Below are positions 10,634-21,586 of a DNA stretch of 46,865 nt, in pieces. Numbering within the stretch: the stretch's first letter is position 1; the number at the start of each line of letters is the position of its first letter. The notes beneath the pieces were generated by a model, which worked only from the letters and a program-made list of their open reading frames with translations, had not been told where the DNA came from and did no database searches. Made by a program: the position numbers and the translations under genes. The stretch is from NCBI GenBank assembly GCA_948469065.1, contig CAOKKL010000001.1, positions 1-46,865 on the forward strand, read 5' to 3'. This DNA is from an uncultured Mycoplasmatota bacterium. Lineage in GTDB: Bacteria; Bacillota_I; Bacilli_A; RF39; UBA660.

Positions 10634-12001
10634 ATGAAAAGACAACAAATTAAAGAAATTTTAGAACAATTATTATCTACAGGTGGAGATTTTGCAGAAG
10701 TTTTTTTAGAGGAAAAGCAAGTGAAATCATTTAACTTTATTGACCAAATGTTAGAAAAAGTATCCATGTTTCATGTTAATGGATATGGTCTTCGTTTAGC
10801 AAAAAAGGAAAATACTTATTATGCCTCTTCTAATGATTTTCGGAAAAAAAAGATCGAACAAATTATTTCGGAATTAAGAAAAAATGTTAATGATAAATCA
10901 ATTTATAAAAATATTTCATTAAAAAGAAGAAAAGATTATAAAAAAGAACAAATTTCTTCTTTTACGGATGAAGAAATTAAAACAAAGTTGAAACAATTAG
11001 ATGAAAAGATAAGAAAAAAAGAAGATAGAATTAGTCAAGTAAATCTTATCGTAGAAAATACAATTCAAAATGTAACAATTGCAAATCATACGGGTTTGTA
11101 TGTAAAAGAATATCGAGTATTGAGTCGCTTTTCAATCATTCTGTATTTAAAAGATCAAGAAAAATCTTCTCGAATTTCTTTTAGTAAAGGTGCTTCTTCT
11201 AATTTAGATTTTTTAAATACTATTGATTTTGACAAAGAAATTGATTGTTTAATCAAACAAGGTTTAGACAAATTGTATGCAAAACCATGTATTGGAAAAG
11301 AAATGCCTGTTATAATAGCACCTGGATTTGGAGCTGTTATATTTCATGAAGCATGTGGTCATGCCATGGAAGCTTCTAGTGTAGCCGAAAATTCTTCCGT
11401 CTTAGCGCAAGAACTAAATCATAAAATTGCCACTGATAAAGTTACTATTATTGATGATGGTAGCTTAAAAGATGAATGGGGAAGTAGTTTTATTGACGAT
11501 GAAGGAAAACCAACCCAAAAAAATATTTTAATAGAAAATGGTGTTTTAAAAAGATTTTTAATTGATGAATTAAATAATCGTAAAATGAAACAAACTACAA
11601 CGGGTTCTGGGAGAAGAGAAAGTTATTTATATGCTCCTACTTCTCGCATGAATAATACCTATTTAAAAGCTGGAAACAATACATTTGAACAAATGATTCA
11701 AGATATCAAATTAGGATTATATGCTGTAAAAATGGGTGGAGGGTCAGTTGCTACCGAAACGGGCGAATTTAATTTTGGAGTTGATTTGGGCTATATGATA
11801 AGAGATGGCAAAATTGCAGAATGTGTTACTTCTGCTAGTTTAATTGGTAATACAAAAGAAATATTACAAGAAGTAGAAATGGTCGGAAATGATTTTTCAC
11901 TTGGTACAGGATACTGTGGTTCTATTAGTGGTAGTGTCCCAGTAACGGTAGGTCAGCCAACCATTAAAATTGGTAAAATTTTAGTAGGTGGTGAAAAATG
12001 A
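10634..12001 (+). CDS. tldD: TldD-family metalloprotease
   Basis: HEACGH (HExxxH) lies in FHEACGHAME, and the C-terminal GxC motif occurs in LGTGYCGSISGSVPV. The fold is PmbA_TldD-like. Confidence 0.8.
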   Translation: MKRQQIKEILEQLLSTGGDFAEVFLEEKQVKSFNFIDQMLEKVSMFHVNGYGLRLAKKENTYYASSNDFRKKKIEQIISELRKNVNDKSIYKNISLKRRKDYKKEQISSFTDEEIKTKLKQLDEKIRKKEDRISQVNLIVENTIQNVTIANHTGLYVKEYRVLSRFSIILYLKDQEKSSRISFSKGASSNLDFLNTIDFDKEIDCLIKQGLDKLYAKPCIGKEMPVIIAPGFGAVIFHEACGHAMEASSVAENSSVLAQELNHKIATDKVTIIDDGSLKDEWGSSFIDDEGKPTQKNILIENGVLKRFLIDELNNRKMKQTTTGSGRRESYLYAPTSRMNNTYLKAGNNTFEQMIQDIKLGLYAVKMGGGSVATETGEFNFGVDLGYMIRDGKIAECVTSASLIGNTKEILQEVEMVGNDFSLGTGYCGSISGSVPVTVGQPTIKIGKILVGGEK

Positions 12002-13260
12002 AACAGAAAATCATCGAATTAGGAAAAAAAGCTAAAATTGATATCGAAATATTTGAAAAGACCCAAGAAAAAGTTGATATTAATACCATGAATGGGAAAG
12101 AAAAATTATTTCAAATTACAAATGTTACTTCATACCGAATTAAAGCCATCAAAAATGAAATTTCTATTGAATATATGACTGATAATTTAAAAAATCCAAA
12201 TTTAATCATTGATAATATTCAAAATATTTTTAAATTACAAGAAAATAAAAATAAAAATTTTCTTTGTCAAGGAAACTTAAAACATAAATTAGAACAAAAA
12301 GAAACATTAGATTATAATAAAATAAAACAAGATTTTTTGAATTTAATTGATTTAAAAAAAGAGTATCCTTTAATTTTAAATATTGAGACCACTTATTCCC
12401 ATTATATCAACCGATATGGGATTAATAATAAAGAATGCAGTTTAACGGATGAAACTTATTATCATGAGTATGGAGTAGCGATTACAATTGAAAAAATGGA
12501 TAAGAAAAAAGTATCGTTTATTAATTTTTATTCCGAAAATTATGACTTTAAATCCTTTTATCATTATGTTCGAGAAAAATTAGAATATTTAATTATAAAA
12601 CTAAATGGTGATAATTGTACCACAAAAAAATATAATATTATCTTAAAAAATAATGCTGTGGCACTTATTTTAAATACTTTTGCAAATTCTTTTCAAAGTA
12701 AAGAAATGGAACAAAATGTATCTATTCTTTCTGGAAAAAGAACTCAAAAAATATTTGGCGATAAAATAACAATCGTCGAAGACCCTAAAAATGGAATTGA
12801 AAAACGTTATTTTGATACCGAAGGAACCATTACTTATGAAAAAGAACTTGTAAAAAATGGAATATTTCAATTGGAAATTAATAATTTAGAATATGCAACG
12901 AAACAGAATGTAAAAGCAACGGGAAATGCTTATGGAGTCAACAATTTATATATAAAATCGGGCGATAATTCCGAACAGGAATTAATTCAAAAGCTTAATA
13001 ATGGTATTATTATTGATGAAATTTATGGATTACATTCTGGAATTGATAAAAAAAATGGAACCATTTCTCTTCATGCGGAAGGACTTGTTGTAGAAAATGG
13101 AAAAATAACAAACGGATTAGAAATGATAATATTATCTACCAATTTTTTTGAGTTGTTTTCAAATGTAATGGAAATAGGAAAAGAATATTCGCATAATTTA
13201 TTATGTGTTTCAGCCCCTTCTTTATTATTAAAAAATATAACAATTGTAGGAAAGAAGTGA
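11998..13260 (+). CDS. pmbA: PmbA/TldE-family protein (TldD partner)
   Basis: It is translationally coupled to tldD (ATGA overlap). It is of similar size and has no HExxxH motif. The C-terminal segment IDEIYGLHSGIDKKNGTISL is typical of the PmbA/TldD fold. Confidence 0.7.
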   Translation: MKQKIIELGKKAKIDIEIFEKTQEKVDINTMNGKEKLFQITNVTSYRIKAIKNEISIEYMTDNLKNPNLIIDNIQNIFKLQENKNKNFLCQGNLKHKLEQKETLDYNKIKQDFLNLIDLKKEYPLILNIETTYSHYINRYGINNKECSLTDETYYHEYGVAITIEKMDKKKVSFINFYSENYDFKSFYHYVREKLEYLIIKLNGDNCTTKKYNIILKNNAVALILNTFANSFQSKEMEQNVSILSGKRTQKIFGDKITIVEDPKNGIEKRYFDTEGTITYEKELVKNGIFQLEINNLEYATKQNVKATGNAYGVNNLYIKSGDNSEQELIQKLNNGIIIDEIYGLHSGIDKKNGTISLHAEGLVVENGKITNGLEMIILSTNFFELFSNVMEIGKEYSHNLLCVSAPSLLLKNITIVGKK

Positions 13261-13265
13261 AATAA

Positions 13266-14381
13266 ATGGAAAAAAAAGATTATTATGAAGTCTTAGGTGT
13301 TTCAAAATCTGCAACCGATGAAGAAATTAAACGATCATTTCGAAAATTAGCAAAACAATATCATCCTGATGTTAATAAAGAGCCAGGTGCAGAAGAAAAG
13401 TTTAAAGAAATTGGAGAAGCATATTCTGTTTTATCTGACCCCGAAAAAAGACGTCAATATGATCAGTTTGGACATGCAGCCTTCCAAAATGGTGGCGGAG
13501 GATTCTCTGGATTTAATGCTGAGGATTTTGATTTAGGAAGTATTTTTGATGATTTATTTGGAGGAGGATTCTCTGGATTTAGTAGTTTTGGAGGTTCATC
13601 TAGAAGAAATGCCAATCGACCTCAAAAAGGAAGAGACCGTCTAATAAGACTTGATTTATCTTTTCTAGAAGCTGTAAAAGGATGTAAAAAAGATATTCAA
13701 CTAGAATTAGACGAAATTTGTGAAAAATGTAATGGTGTTGGTGGATTTGGTGAAAAAATTTGTAAAACTTGTGACGGAAAAGGACGAGTAATTGAAGAAC
13801 AACGTAGTTTATTTGGTATTTTTCAAACAGAAACTACTTGTTCTACATGTGGAGGAAAAGGAAAAACTTACGAAGAAAAATGTAATTTATGTCGTGGATC
13901 TGGTCATATTAAAAAGAAAAAAGAAATTGAAATAACCATTCCAGAAGGAGTAGACAATGGCTATCAATTAAAAATTTCTGGAAAAGGTGAAGCTGGATAT
14001 CATGGTGGCCCAAATGGCGATATTTATATCGAATTTAAAGTTGGAAAAAGTCCTATTTTTGAAAGAGAAGAAGAAGATTTATTCCTTGAAGTACCAATTA
14101 CTTTTACAACGGCAGCTTTGGGAGGAAAAGTAGAAATTCCAACCATTGATAGTAATGTTATATTAGATGTTAAAGCAGGAACTCAAAGCGGTAGCAAAGT
14201 AAAATTAAAAGGAAAAGGTGTGAAAGTAGCCAATTCTTTACGCAAAGGGGATTTATATGTCATTTTTCATGTGATTACTCCAACAAAATTATCAAGAGAA
14301 CAAAAGAGATTGTTGGAAGAATTAGATAAGACAAATTTAGAAAATGACAGTGAAATAAAAAGCTTCAAAAAATATTTATAG
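13266..14381 (+). CDS. dnaJ: Co-chaperone DnaJ
   Basis: The J domain carries HPD (YHPDVN). A G/F-rich linker and four CxxCxGxG zinc-finger repeats follow. Confidence 0.97.
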   Translation: MEKKDYYEVLGVSKSATDEEIKRSFRKLAKQYHPDVNKEPGAEEKFKEIGEAYSVLSDPEKRRQYDQFGHAAFQNGGGGFSGFNAEDFDLGSIFDDLFGGGFSGFSSFGGSSRRNANRPQKGRDRLIRLDLSFLEAVKGCKKDIQLELDEICEKCNGVGGFGEKICKTCDGKGRVIEEQRSLFGIFQTETTCSTCGGKGKTYEEKCNLCRGSGHIKKKKEIEITIPEGVDNGYQLKISGKGEAGYHGGPNGDIYIEFKVGKSPIFEREEEDLFLEVPITFTTAALGGKVEIPTIDSNVILDVKAGTQSGSKVKLKGKGVKVANSLRKGDLYVIFHVITPTKLSREQKRLLEELDKTNLENDSEIKSFKKYL

Positions 14382-14438
14382 TTATGTGAAAAACATAGCT
14401 ATTTTTTTATATATTCATCCTATGAGAATGGATAAAAA

Positions 14439-14467
14439 TTGACAAAAATTGCACAAAATCATATACT
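14439..14467 (+). promoter_or_regulatory. SigA-type promoter
   Basis: TTGACA, a 17-nt spacer, then TATACT. It sits downstream of the dnaJ terminator hairpin (about 14381-14412). Confidence 0.4.
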
Positions 14468-14491
14468 TATAATAATTGAGGATTTGATGAT

Positions 14492-15733
14492 ATGCAAAAA
14501 AAATATAAAATTACCTTATTTGTTTTAATATTACTTTTAATTGGAACCATTTCTTGTTTTATTCATTATTCTTTTCATAAAAGTAGTAATGCTATTAATG
14601 AATATGCAGAGGTGTTTGTAGAAGAAAACTTATCCTTTAACTTTTTAGAAGGAAAAGAAATTGAGACCAAAGAAAAAGAAAAAATATATCACTTTTCCAT
14701 TATTAATACTTCCAATGAACCTACTTATTACAGTATAAATTTAGAACGTACCAATTCTAAAAATGCAGAATACGAACTTTTTAGTGATCAAGAAAACTTT
14801 CAAAGTATTCAAAAAAATTATCCCAATGGTCATGATGAAATTATCAAATCGATGGAAATTCAAGGAAATACTACACATAGTTATACTTTAAAAATTAAAA
14901 ATAAAGAGCAAGAAAAAGTCATTGGTACGATTGCTATCCAAATTGAAAAAGACATGAATAATTTTGCAAATGTTATTTTAAAAAATAATGAGGTACATGG
15001 ATCTGCTCAAACGATAGTTGGAGAAAATGCTGCAGTTACAGAAGAAGGATTAATTGAAAGTACCGACGACGATGGAAAAAGTTATTATTTTCGTGGAAAA
15101 ACAGAAAATAATTATGTTTCTTTTGCAAATCTATTATGGCGAATTGTAAAAGTAAATGGAGATGGTACAGTAAAATTGGTTTTGAATCAATTAATTAATA
15201 ATAGTACACAATTTTATGCCCAAGATAGCAATTATAATTTATCATTTCAAGAAGCAAATATTTTAAATATTTTAAAAGTTTGGTATCAAAGTAATTTAGA
15301 AAATTATGATTCTTTTATAGCTAATAGTAAGTTTTGTTCCGATACTTCTTATGATGAAAATGGATTTCTCACACTAACAAGAATTTATACCAATCACAAT
15401 GCTATATTTGAATGTTTAATAGAACCTACTTCTTCTAAAATTGGTTTACTATCGGCAGATGAAGTGGCATTAGCAGGAGGCAGTAATCACTCACCAAATA
15501 CCGAATATTATTTATATAATTCTGAAATTAATACAAGTTGGTGGACATTAAGTCCTGCTAAAAACAATCATGGGAATTTTTACTACATTGAAACGGATCA
15601 AAATGGAGAGATGAATGAAGGCACTCTTGGCACCTTGTTTCGGGGAAATCGACCTGTCATCAATTTAATCAAAAAAACAACTGTAACGGGAGTTGGAACC
15701 AAAGAAGACCCATATGTCGTCAATAATCCGTAA
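14492..15733 (+). CDS. Membrane-anchored extracellular protein of unknown function
   Basis: It has an N-terminal TM anchor (ITLFVLILLLIGTISCFI). Motifs YYFRGKTENNYVSFANLLWRIVKVNGDGTVKLVL, WWTLSP and RPVINL recur in uncharacterised secreted Firmicute proteins. Confidence 0.6.
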   Translation: MQKKYKITLFVLILLLIGTISCFIHYSFHKSSNAINEYAEVFVEENLSFNFLEGKEIETKEKEKIYHFSIINTSNEPTYYSINLERTNSKNAEYELFSDQENFQSIQKNYPNGHDEIIKSMEIQGNTTHSYTLKIKNKEQEKVIGTIAIQIEKDMNNFANVILKNNEVHGSAQTIVGENAAVTEEGLIESTDDDGKSYYFRGKTENNYVSFANLLWRIVKVNGDGTVKLVLNQLINNSTQFYAQDSNYNLSFQEANILNILKVWYQSNLENYDSFIANSKFCSDTSYDENGFLTLTRIYTNHNAIFECLIEPTSSKIGLLSADEVALAGGSNHSPNTEYYLYNSEINTSWWTLSPAKNNHGNFYYIETDQNGEMNEGTLGTLFRGNRPVINLIKKTTVTGVGTKEDPYVVNNP

Positions 15734-15811
15734 AAAGAACGATTTTTCGTTCTTTTTCTTTACATAATTTATGGAAATTACTATAATAATAACAAAAGGA
15801 GGAGGAATACA

Positions 15812-16300
15812 ATGCAATTTTTAAAAGATATTATTTCATTTTTTCATACCTTATCTTTAATTGATTACATCTTGTATTTTTCCGTTCTTACTTTAATTGT
15901 ATTAGTGATATCTTTAATTTATATTTTAAAAAATAATGAAGAAGAAGAAATTTTAAAAAAACCAGTTCAAAATGAGATAGAGGATGAAATTGATTTAAAA
16001 AATATTGTAAATACCATTGATGAAAAACCGAAACCTATCATTGATATGACGGAGTATGAAAATGAACAAGAAGAAAAAGCTATTATTAGTTATGAAGAAT
16101 TATTAAAAACGGCTCCGATTCCGATTCAATATGAAGAAGAACAATTAATTGATAATGAAGTACAAGTGAAAAAAATCAATTTGGATAAATTATCCAATAG
16201 TTCTCTTGAAGAAAATAAAGTTGAAATTAAGTCAACAGCTTATTATCATGAAGAAGAATTTTTAAAAACACTAAAGCAATTAAGTGAACTTTTAAATTAA
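15812..16300 (+). CDS. Membrane-anchored acidic protein, unknown function
   Basis: There is an N-terminal TM helix, a Glu-rich remainder, and the RBS AGGAGGAGG. Confidence 0.55.
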   Translation: MQFLKDIISFFHTLSLIDYILYFSVLTLIVLVISLIYILKNNEEEEILKKPVQNEIEDEIDLKNIVNTIDEKPKPIIDMTEYENEQEEKAIISYEELLKTAPIPIQYEEEQLIDNEVQVKKINLDKLSNSSLEENKVEIKSTAYYHEEEFLKTLKQLSELLN

Positions 16301-16351
16301 ATTTTAAAAAGTTCTTTTTTATTGTATAATAGAAAAATTGGAGGGATTTTT

Positions 16352-17638
16352 ATGACATTTTCCATCATAACTTTAGGTTGTAAGGTCAATTTATATGAAA
16401 GTGAAATGATGAAAGAAAAATTAGAAAAAGCTGGTTTTTTATTTCAAGAAGAAAAAAGTGATATTACCATTATTAATACTTGTACAGTAACGAATATGGC
16501 GGATAAAAAATCTCAAAAAACCGTTCGACATATGAAAAAAAATAACCCCAAGACAATCTTAGTAGTTGCTGGTTGCAGTAGTGAAAATAAAACAAAGGAA
16601 TACCAGTCGATGGGGATTGATATCTTAATTGGGAATCATGATAAAAGTAAAATTGTATTACTAATTGAACAATATTTAAAAGAAAAAAAAGTCATGGTTC
16701 AAATTGATAAAACTAGGAACTTACCATTTGAACCAATGGAAATTGAAAAATTTACGACACATACAAGAGCTTTTTTAAAAATTCAAGATGGATGTAATAA
16801 TTTTTGTAGTTATTGTATAATTCCTTATGTTAGAGGTTCACTTCGTTCGAAACCAATGAATGATGTCTTAAAAGAAGCCACTTCTTTTGTTAAAAATGGC
16901 CATCAAGAAATTGTTCTTACTGGAATCAATACAGGAGCATATGGATATGGACTTTCTTACGATTTAACCGATTTAATTCATGAATTAAGTAAAATAGAAT
17001 CTTTAAAAAGAATTCGTATTTCTTCGATTGAAATAACAGAATTAAATGCTAAATTTTTAAATGAATTACAAAATAATTCCAAAATATGTGATCATTTACA
17101 TATTCCCCTTCAAGCTGGTAGTGATGAAATATTAAAAAAGATGAATCGAAAATACAATTTAAAGGAATTTGAATTAAAACTAAATGAAATAAGAACAATA
17201 AGACCTTTCATTAATATTACAACAGATGTTATCGTAGGTCATCCATTTGAAACGGAAGAACTTTTTCAAAAAACATTAGAAACAGTAAAGAAATTTAAAT
17301 TTAGTAAAGTTCATGCTTTTCCATACTCCAAAAGAGATGGAACCGCATCAGCTTTGATGCAAGAACAAGTTACAGAAGAAATGAAAAAAGAACGAAATCG
17401 AAAATTGATTGCTTTATCTAATACTTTAGAACAAGAATATGCCAAACAATTTTTAAATCAAACAATGGATGTTTTAATCGAAGAAGTTAAAAATGGAAAT
17501 GCCATTGGACATACAACTAATTATTTGAAAGTAAAAGTGGAAGAAAAATTACTACCTAATCATATGGAAAAAATTTTATTACAAAAGTTTGAGGGCATGG
17601 AAATCATTGGTTCAAAAAAGACAATGGTACAACTTTAA
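16352..17638 (+). CDS. mtaB: tRNA (N6-threonylcarbamoyladenosine) methylthiotransferase MtaB (radical SAM, MiaB-like)
   Basis: It begins with the UPF0004 domain (TLGCKVNLYESE). The radical-SAM motif is CNNFCSYCIIP, and a TRAM-like C-terminus follows. I chose the ATG behind RBS GGAGGG rather than TTG 16322. Confidence 0.85.
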   Translation: MTFSIITLGCKVNLYESEMMKEKLEKAGFLFQEEKSDITIINTCTVTNMADKKSQKTVRHMKKNNPKTILVVAGCSSENKTKEYQSMGIDILIGNHDKSKIVLLIEQYLKEKKVMVQIDKTRNLPFEPMEIEKFTTHTRAFLKIQDGCNNFCSYCIIPYVRGSLRSKPMNDVLKEATSFVKNGHQEIVLTGINTGAYGYGLSYDLTDLIHELSKIESLKRIRISSIEITELNAKFLNELQNNSKICDHLHIPLQAGSDEILKKMNRKYNLKEFELKLNEIRTIRPFINITTDVIVGHPFETEELFQKTLETVKKFKFSKVHAFPYSKRDGTASALMQEQVTEEMKKERNRKLIALSNTLEQEYAKQFLNQTMDVLIEEVKNGNAIGHTTNYLKVKVEEKLLPNHMEKILLQKFEGMEIIGSKKTMVQL

Positions 17639-17690
17639 AAAAAGATATATTTTTTAAAGAAATCTGGTATAATAAAAAGAGGTGAAGGGT

Positions 17691-18086
17691 ATGTTTTCAA
17701 AGTGTGATTTTAAAATATTAGAATTGAACGATAATTTTAATTTTATGGGAATTGTAAAATTAAATGATTCCTTATTAAAAAAAGCTAATTTTATCCAACC
17801 AATTTTTCGGAATACAAGTCCATTAATCATTCAAAAAGTTGGTAAAAAAGATTATCATCAATATGATGAATTTATTATCACTTCCTTAAATGATTATTAC
17901 AATAGAATGAGTTCTGCAAGTCAAAAAGATCGGGAAATGATGTTATTAAATTATAATCGACTATATGAATCTTGGACCAAATTAAATCAAGCAAAATCGA
18001 ATCAAGATTTCTCTAATTTAGACGAGCAATATGATTCATTATCTTATCAATTATATTTATTAGGATATAAAATGTCGAAAAATTAA
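17691..18086 (+). CDS. Hypothetical protein
   Basis: The ORF has RBS AGAGGTGAAGGG and an extended -10 (TGGTATAAT) at 17665-17673. I recognised no motif. Confidence 0.45.
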   Translation: MFSKCDFKILELNDNFNFMGIVKLNDSLLKKANFIQPIFRNTSPLIIQKVGKKDYHQYDEFIITSLNDYYNRMSSASQKDREMMLLNYNRLYESWTKLNQAKSNQDFSNLDEQYDSLSYQLYLLGYKMSKN

Positions 18087-18145
18087 AGGCGAAAAAACTT
18101 TCGCTTTTTTTTATTTTTTGATAAAATGAATGAGGTGAAGTATCC

Positions 18146-20359
18146 ATGCATTACATCAAAGGAAAAATAAGACAAACGATTTATAAAAGTGAAAATGGTT
18201 TTTTTGTAGGGACTTTTAAAATAAAAGAAACCGACGACGAAGAATTAAAAGAATTTTTAAATAAAACAATAACGATTACAGGAACATTTGTTGATATAAA
18301 TACAGAAGATACTTTTATTCTTTTTGGGGAATATTTAAAACATGAACGCTATGGATATCAATATCAAGTCATAAAATTTGAAAAAGAGATTCCAACTGGT
18401 ACCGAGGCCATAATTGAATTTTTAAGTAGTCCTTTAATCAAAGGATGTGGAGAAAAAACGGCCATTAAAATTGTTGAAACCTTTAAGGAGGAATCTTTAA
18501 CAAAAATAAAAGAAAATATGGCTAATTTATATATTGTTCCTGGCATGACAGAAAAAAAAGCCAGTAAAATTTATGCATCTGTATTAGCATATTCTAGTAG
18601 TGACGATTTAATTTTAGAATTAAAAAATCTAGGATTTAGTGTCAATGAAGCTACCAAAATAATCAATCGTTTTAAAGATAAAACGAAAACTTATTTAAAT
18701 GAAAATATTTATTTATTCCAAGAAATCATTGATTTTAATAAAATTGATGAAATCTTTAAAAAAAATAATGACATTGATAATCCAATTCGCGTAAAAGCTT
18801 GTATTATTGAGTGTATGAAAAGATTAAGCGACACCACTGGAGATATTTATTATTTTAAAGAAGACATTCATTCTGGATTAAAAAATTGGTTTCAGATTTT
18901 TCTAGATATTGATAGTTTTGAAAGTTATTTGAATGAATTAGAATCGAAGTTTGAAATCATTCAAAAAGAAAATAAAATTTATTTAGAAGAAAATTATGAA
19001 ATGGAACATAAAATTGCGGAACATTTATTTCAAATAGCAATGTGTCCTAAAAAAACATATAAAAAATTAGATGAAAAATTAGAAAGTTTAGAAGAAAACT
19101 CTTCTGTCCATTATAATTTAGAGCAAAAAAAAGCTATCAAAAAGGCTTTAAAAGAACGAATTACTATTATATCCGGGGGACCAGGAACTGGAAAAACAAC
19201 TATTGTAAATGCAATCGTAAAACTATATATTAGCTTATTTCATTTAACTCCTATTGAAACTTATACCTCAATTGCTCTTTTGGCTCCAACTGGAAGAGCG
19301 AGTAAAAAATTAGCAATGAGTACAGGACTTCCTGCTATGACGATTCACCGTTATTTAAAGTGGAATAAAGATTCCAACGAGTTTTTAGTCAATCATCAAA
19401 ATAAAAATCAACATCGATTAATTATTGTGGATGAAGTAAGTATGATTGATACTTTTTTACTGAACCATTTGTTAGAAGGAATAGAATCTAACATTCAAAT
19501 TATTTTTGTTGGAGATACTTTCCAACTGCCAAGTGTCGGAGCAGGACTCATTTTAAATGATTTAGTAGAAAGTGAGTTATTTTCATATTGTCCATTAAAT
19601 AAAATTTATCGTCAAAGTGAAAATTCTTATATTCCTTTTTTAGCAAAAGAAATTAAAGAGCAAACTATTAATGAAAATTTTATGGAAAAAACAGATGACT
19701 ACAATTTTTTCCCTTGTCAAAATAAAAGTATTAAAGAAATTATTTATCATATATGCGAAAAATCGCTAGAAAAAGGATTAAAGGTAGATGACGTTCAAAT
19801 ACTTGCTCCTATGTATAAAGGAGAAAATGGCATTGATAATTTAAATATTATTTTACAAAATTTGTTTAATCCAAAATCAAAAGAAAAAAAAGAAATTCAA
19901 GTAGGAGAATATATTTATCGAGAAAATGATAAAGTTTTACAACTAATGAATAATCCAGATTGTAATGTATATAATGGAGATATTGGTTATATTAAATCCA
20001 TCGAAGAAATAAAATCCAAGGGACGAAAAAAAGAACAAATTACCATTGATTTTGATGGAAATTATGTTGTTTATTCGAAAGAAGATTTGTTTCACATTAA
20101 ACATGCTTATGCTATGACCATTCATAAAAGCCAAGGAAGTGAATTCCCTCATGTTATCCTTCCTATTAGTAAAAATTATTACAAAATGCTTTATAATAAA
20201 TTGATTTATACAGGAGTTTCTAGAGCTAAAAAAAGTTTAATGATTGTGGGAGAACCCACGGCATTTTTACAAGGAATCCAAAATGATTATTCCATGAATC
20301 GAAAAACGACTTTAAAAGAAATATTACTGGAAAAATTTAGAATCTTAGATGGAGTATAA
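18146..20359 (+). CDS. recD2: ATP-dependent RecD2-like SF1 DNA helicase
   Basis: Walker A GGPGTGKTT, Walker B LIIVDEVSMID, and the C-terminal motifs AMTIHKSQGSEF and YTGVSRAK are present. Confidence 0.88.
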   Translation: MHYIKGKIRQTIYKSENGFFVGTFKIKETDDEELKEFLNKTITITGTFVDINTEDTFILFGEYLKHERYGYQYQVIKFEKEIPTGTEAIIEFLSSPLIKGCGEKTAIKIVETFKEESLTKIKENMANLYIVPGMTEKKASKIYASVLAYSSSDDLILELKNLGFSVNEATKIINRFKDKTKTYLNENIYLFQEIIDFNKIDEIFKKNNDIDNPIRVKACIIECMKRLSDTTGDIYYFKEDIHSGLKNWFQIFLDIDSFESYLNELESKFEIIQKENKIYLEENYEMEHKIAEHLFQIAMCPKKTYKKLDEKLESLEENSSVHYNLEQKKAIKKALKERITIISGGPGTGKTTIVNAIVKLYISLFHLTPIETYTSIALLAPTGRASKKLAMSTGLPAMTIHRYLKWNKDSNEFLVNHQNKNQHRLIIVDEVSMIDTFLLNHLLEGIESNIQIIFVGDTFQLPSVGAGLILNDLVESELFSYCPLNKIYRQSENSYIPFLAKEIKEQTINENFMEKTDDYNFFPCQNKSIKEIIYHICEKSLEKGLKVDDVQILAPMYKGENGIDNLNIILQNLFNPKSKEKKEIQVGEYIYRENDKVLQLMNNPDCNVYNGDIGYIKSIEEIKSKGRKKEQITIDFDGNYVVYSKEDLFHIKHAYAMTIHKSQGSEFPHVILPISKNYYKMLYNKLIYTGVSRAKKSLMIVGEPTAFLQGIQNDYSMNRKTTLKEILLEKFRILDGV

Positions 20360-20402
20360 AGAACTAATTTCTACTCATATTAAGAATGTGAGGTGGAAAG
20401 GT

Positions 20403-20579
20403 ATGAAACATTTTAAAAATATGTTATTTCTCTCTGCGTTATCCATGATGGGTGGAGCTGCTTTAGCAACTTATACATTAACAAATACGAATACGAAAAA
20501 AAAAGCAGACAAATTATTGAATACCGCAATGGATGAAGCAGAAGAATCAATTCAAAAAATGAAAAAGAAAATGAAATAA
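20403..20579 (+). CDS. Small membrane-anchored protein (YtxH-like)
   Basis: RBS GAGGTGGAAAGG, one TM helix (MLFLSALSMMGGAALATY) and a charged helical tail. Confidence 0.4.
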   Translation: MKHFKNMLFLSALSMMGGAALATYTLTNTNTKKKADKLLNTAMDEAEESIQKMKKKMK

Positions 20580-20757
20580 TGTCTTAAAGACATTTTAGAC
20601 TATTGACAAAAAATTTTGCTAATAGTCTTTTTTCTTATAAAGAAAAAAGACTGTAATAAGAAATGTAAGAACGATTTAAAAAATGGTCACTTGAGTTCTT
20701 ACTTTTTTCATGCTTTTTTTTAAAGTATGTTATAATACGATGAAAAAGGAGAAAATC

Positions 20758-21586
20758 ATGGAAAAATATTATTCTCTAATAAATAACTTTGAATTAAAAT
20801 TTATTGGATTTGTATGGTATATTTATTATGATAAAAATTCAGATAGTTATTTTAAAGTATTAAAAAAAATAAATCCCGATTCCATAAAAACTTATCAGTC
20901 TATTTTATTATCTTTAAAGGAAAAAGCAGAACACATGAAGAGTATCCCTAAAATTTTAAATATCTTCTCTTTTGATGACTTTTTTGCTTATCAAATGGAA
21001 AAAAGATCGGGAATTCCGCTTCATGAATACATGATATATCAATCCTCACCTTTAGAAACTTTTTATCAAATTAACAAAATCTTGATACCAATCATACAAG
21101 AAGCAAATGAATACAATATGGTATTAAAAGATTTCATTACTTATGGAAATATTTTTATATGATAGAAACAAAAATCAATTTAGAATAATTGATTTAGATA
21201 GCATACAAATTAATAATGAAACCGATCATAGTGTGAAAAGCAATATCTATTATTCAAGTATTTATCAGCTTTTATTAAAATCAACAAAATATAAAATAGA
21301 AAGCACAAAATTTTGGAAACCATCTTTTAATATTTTTTTATTTTATGAATTATTTTTAAACCTTATTTTTTGTGAAACTTTCTTCTTTCCACAAACTTTG
21401 ACTCAAGAATTACCTATTTTATTTCGAGAAATATTAGAACGATGTGGTATACCAGAAAGTAATCCAGTTTACCATAAAATTTTAGATTTAGCGGATCCTT
21501 TTGTTTTAAATACATTGGATTTAAACGATTTTAAAAAATTAGCATCTGAAAAATTTGATTTTACTCGAAAACGAATTATTTTATAA
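20758..21586 (+). pseudogene. Kinase-like (CotS/APH-fold-like) gene split by a 1-nt frameshift in a T5 run
   Basis: ORF 20758-21162 ends ...LKDFITYGNIFI*. ORF 21143-21586 starts MEIFLYDRNKNQFRIIDLD. Removing one T from 21152-21156 gives a continuous DFITYGNILYDRNKNQFRIIDLD, which resembles a catalytic-loop and DFG-like motif. Confidence 0.5.
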
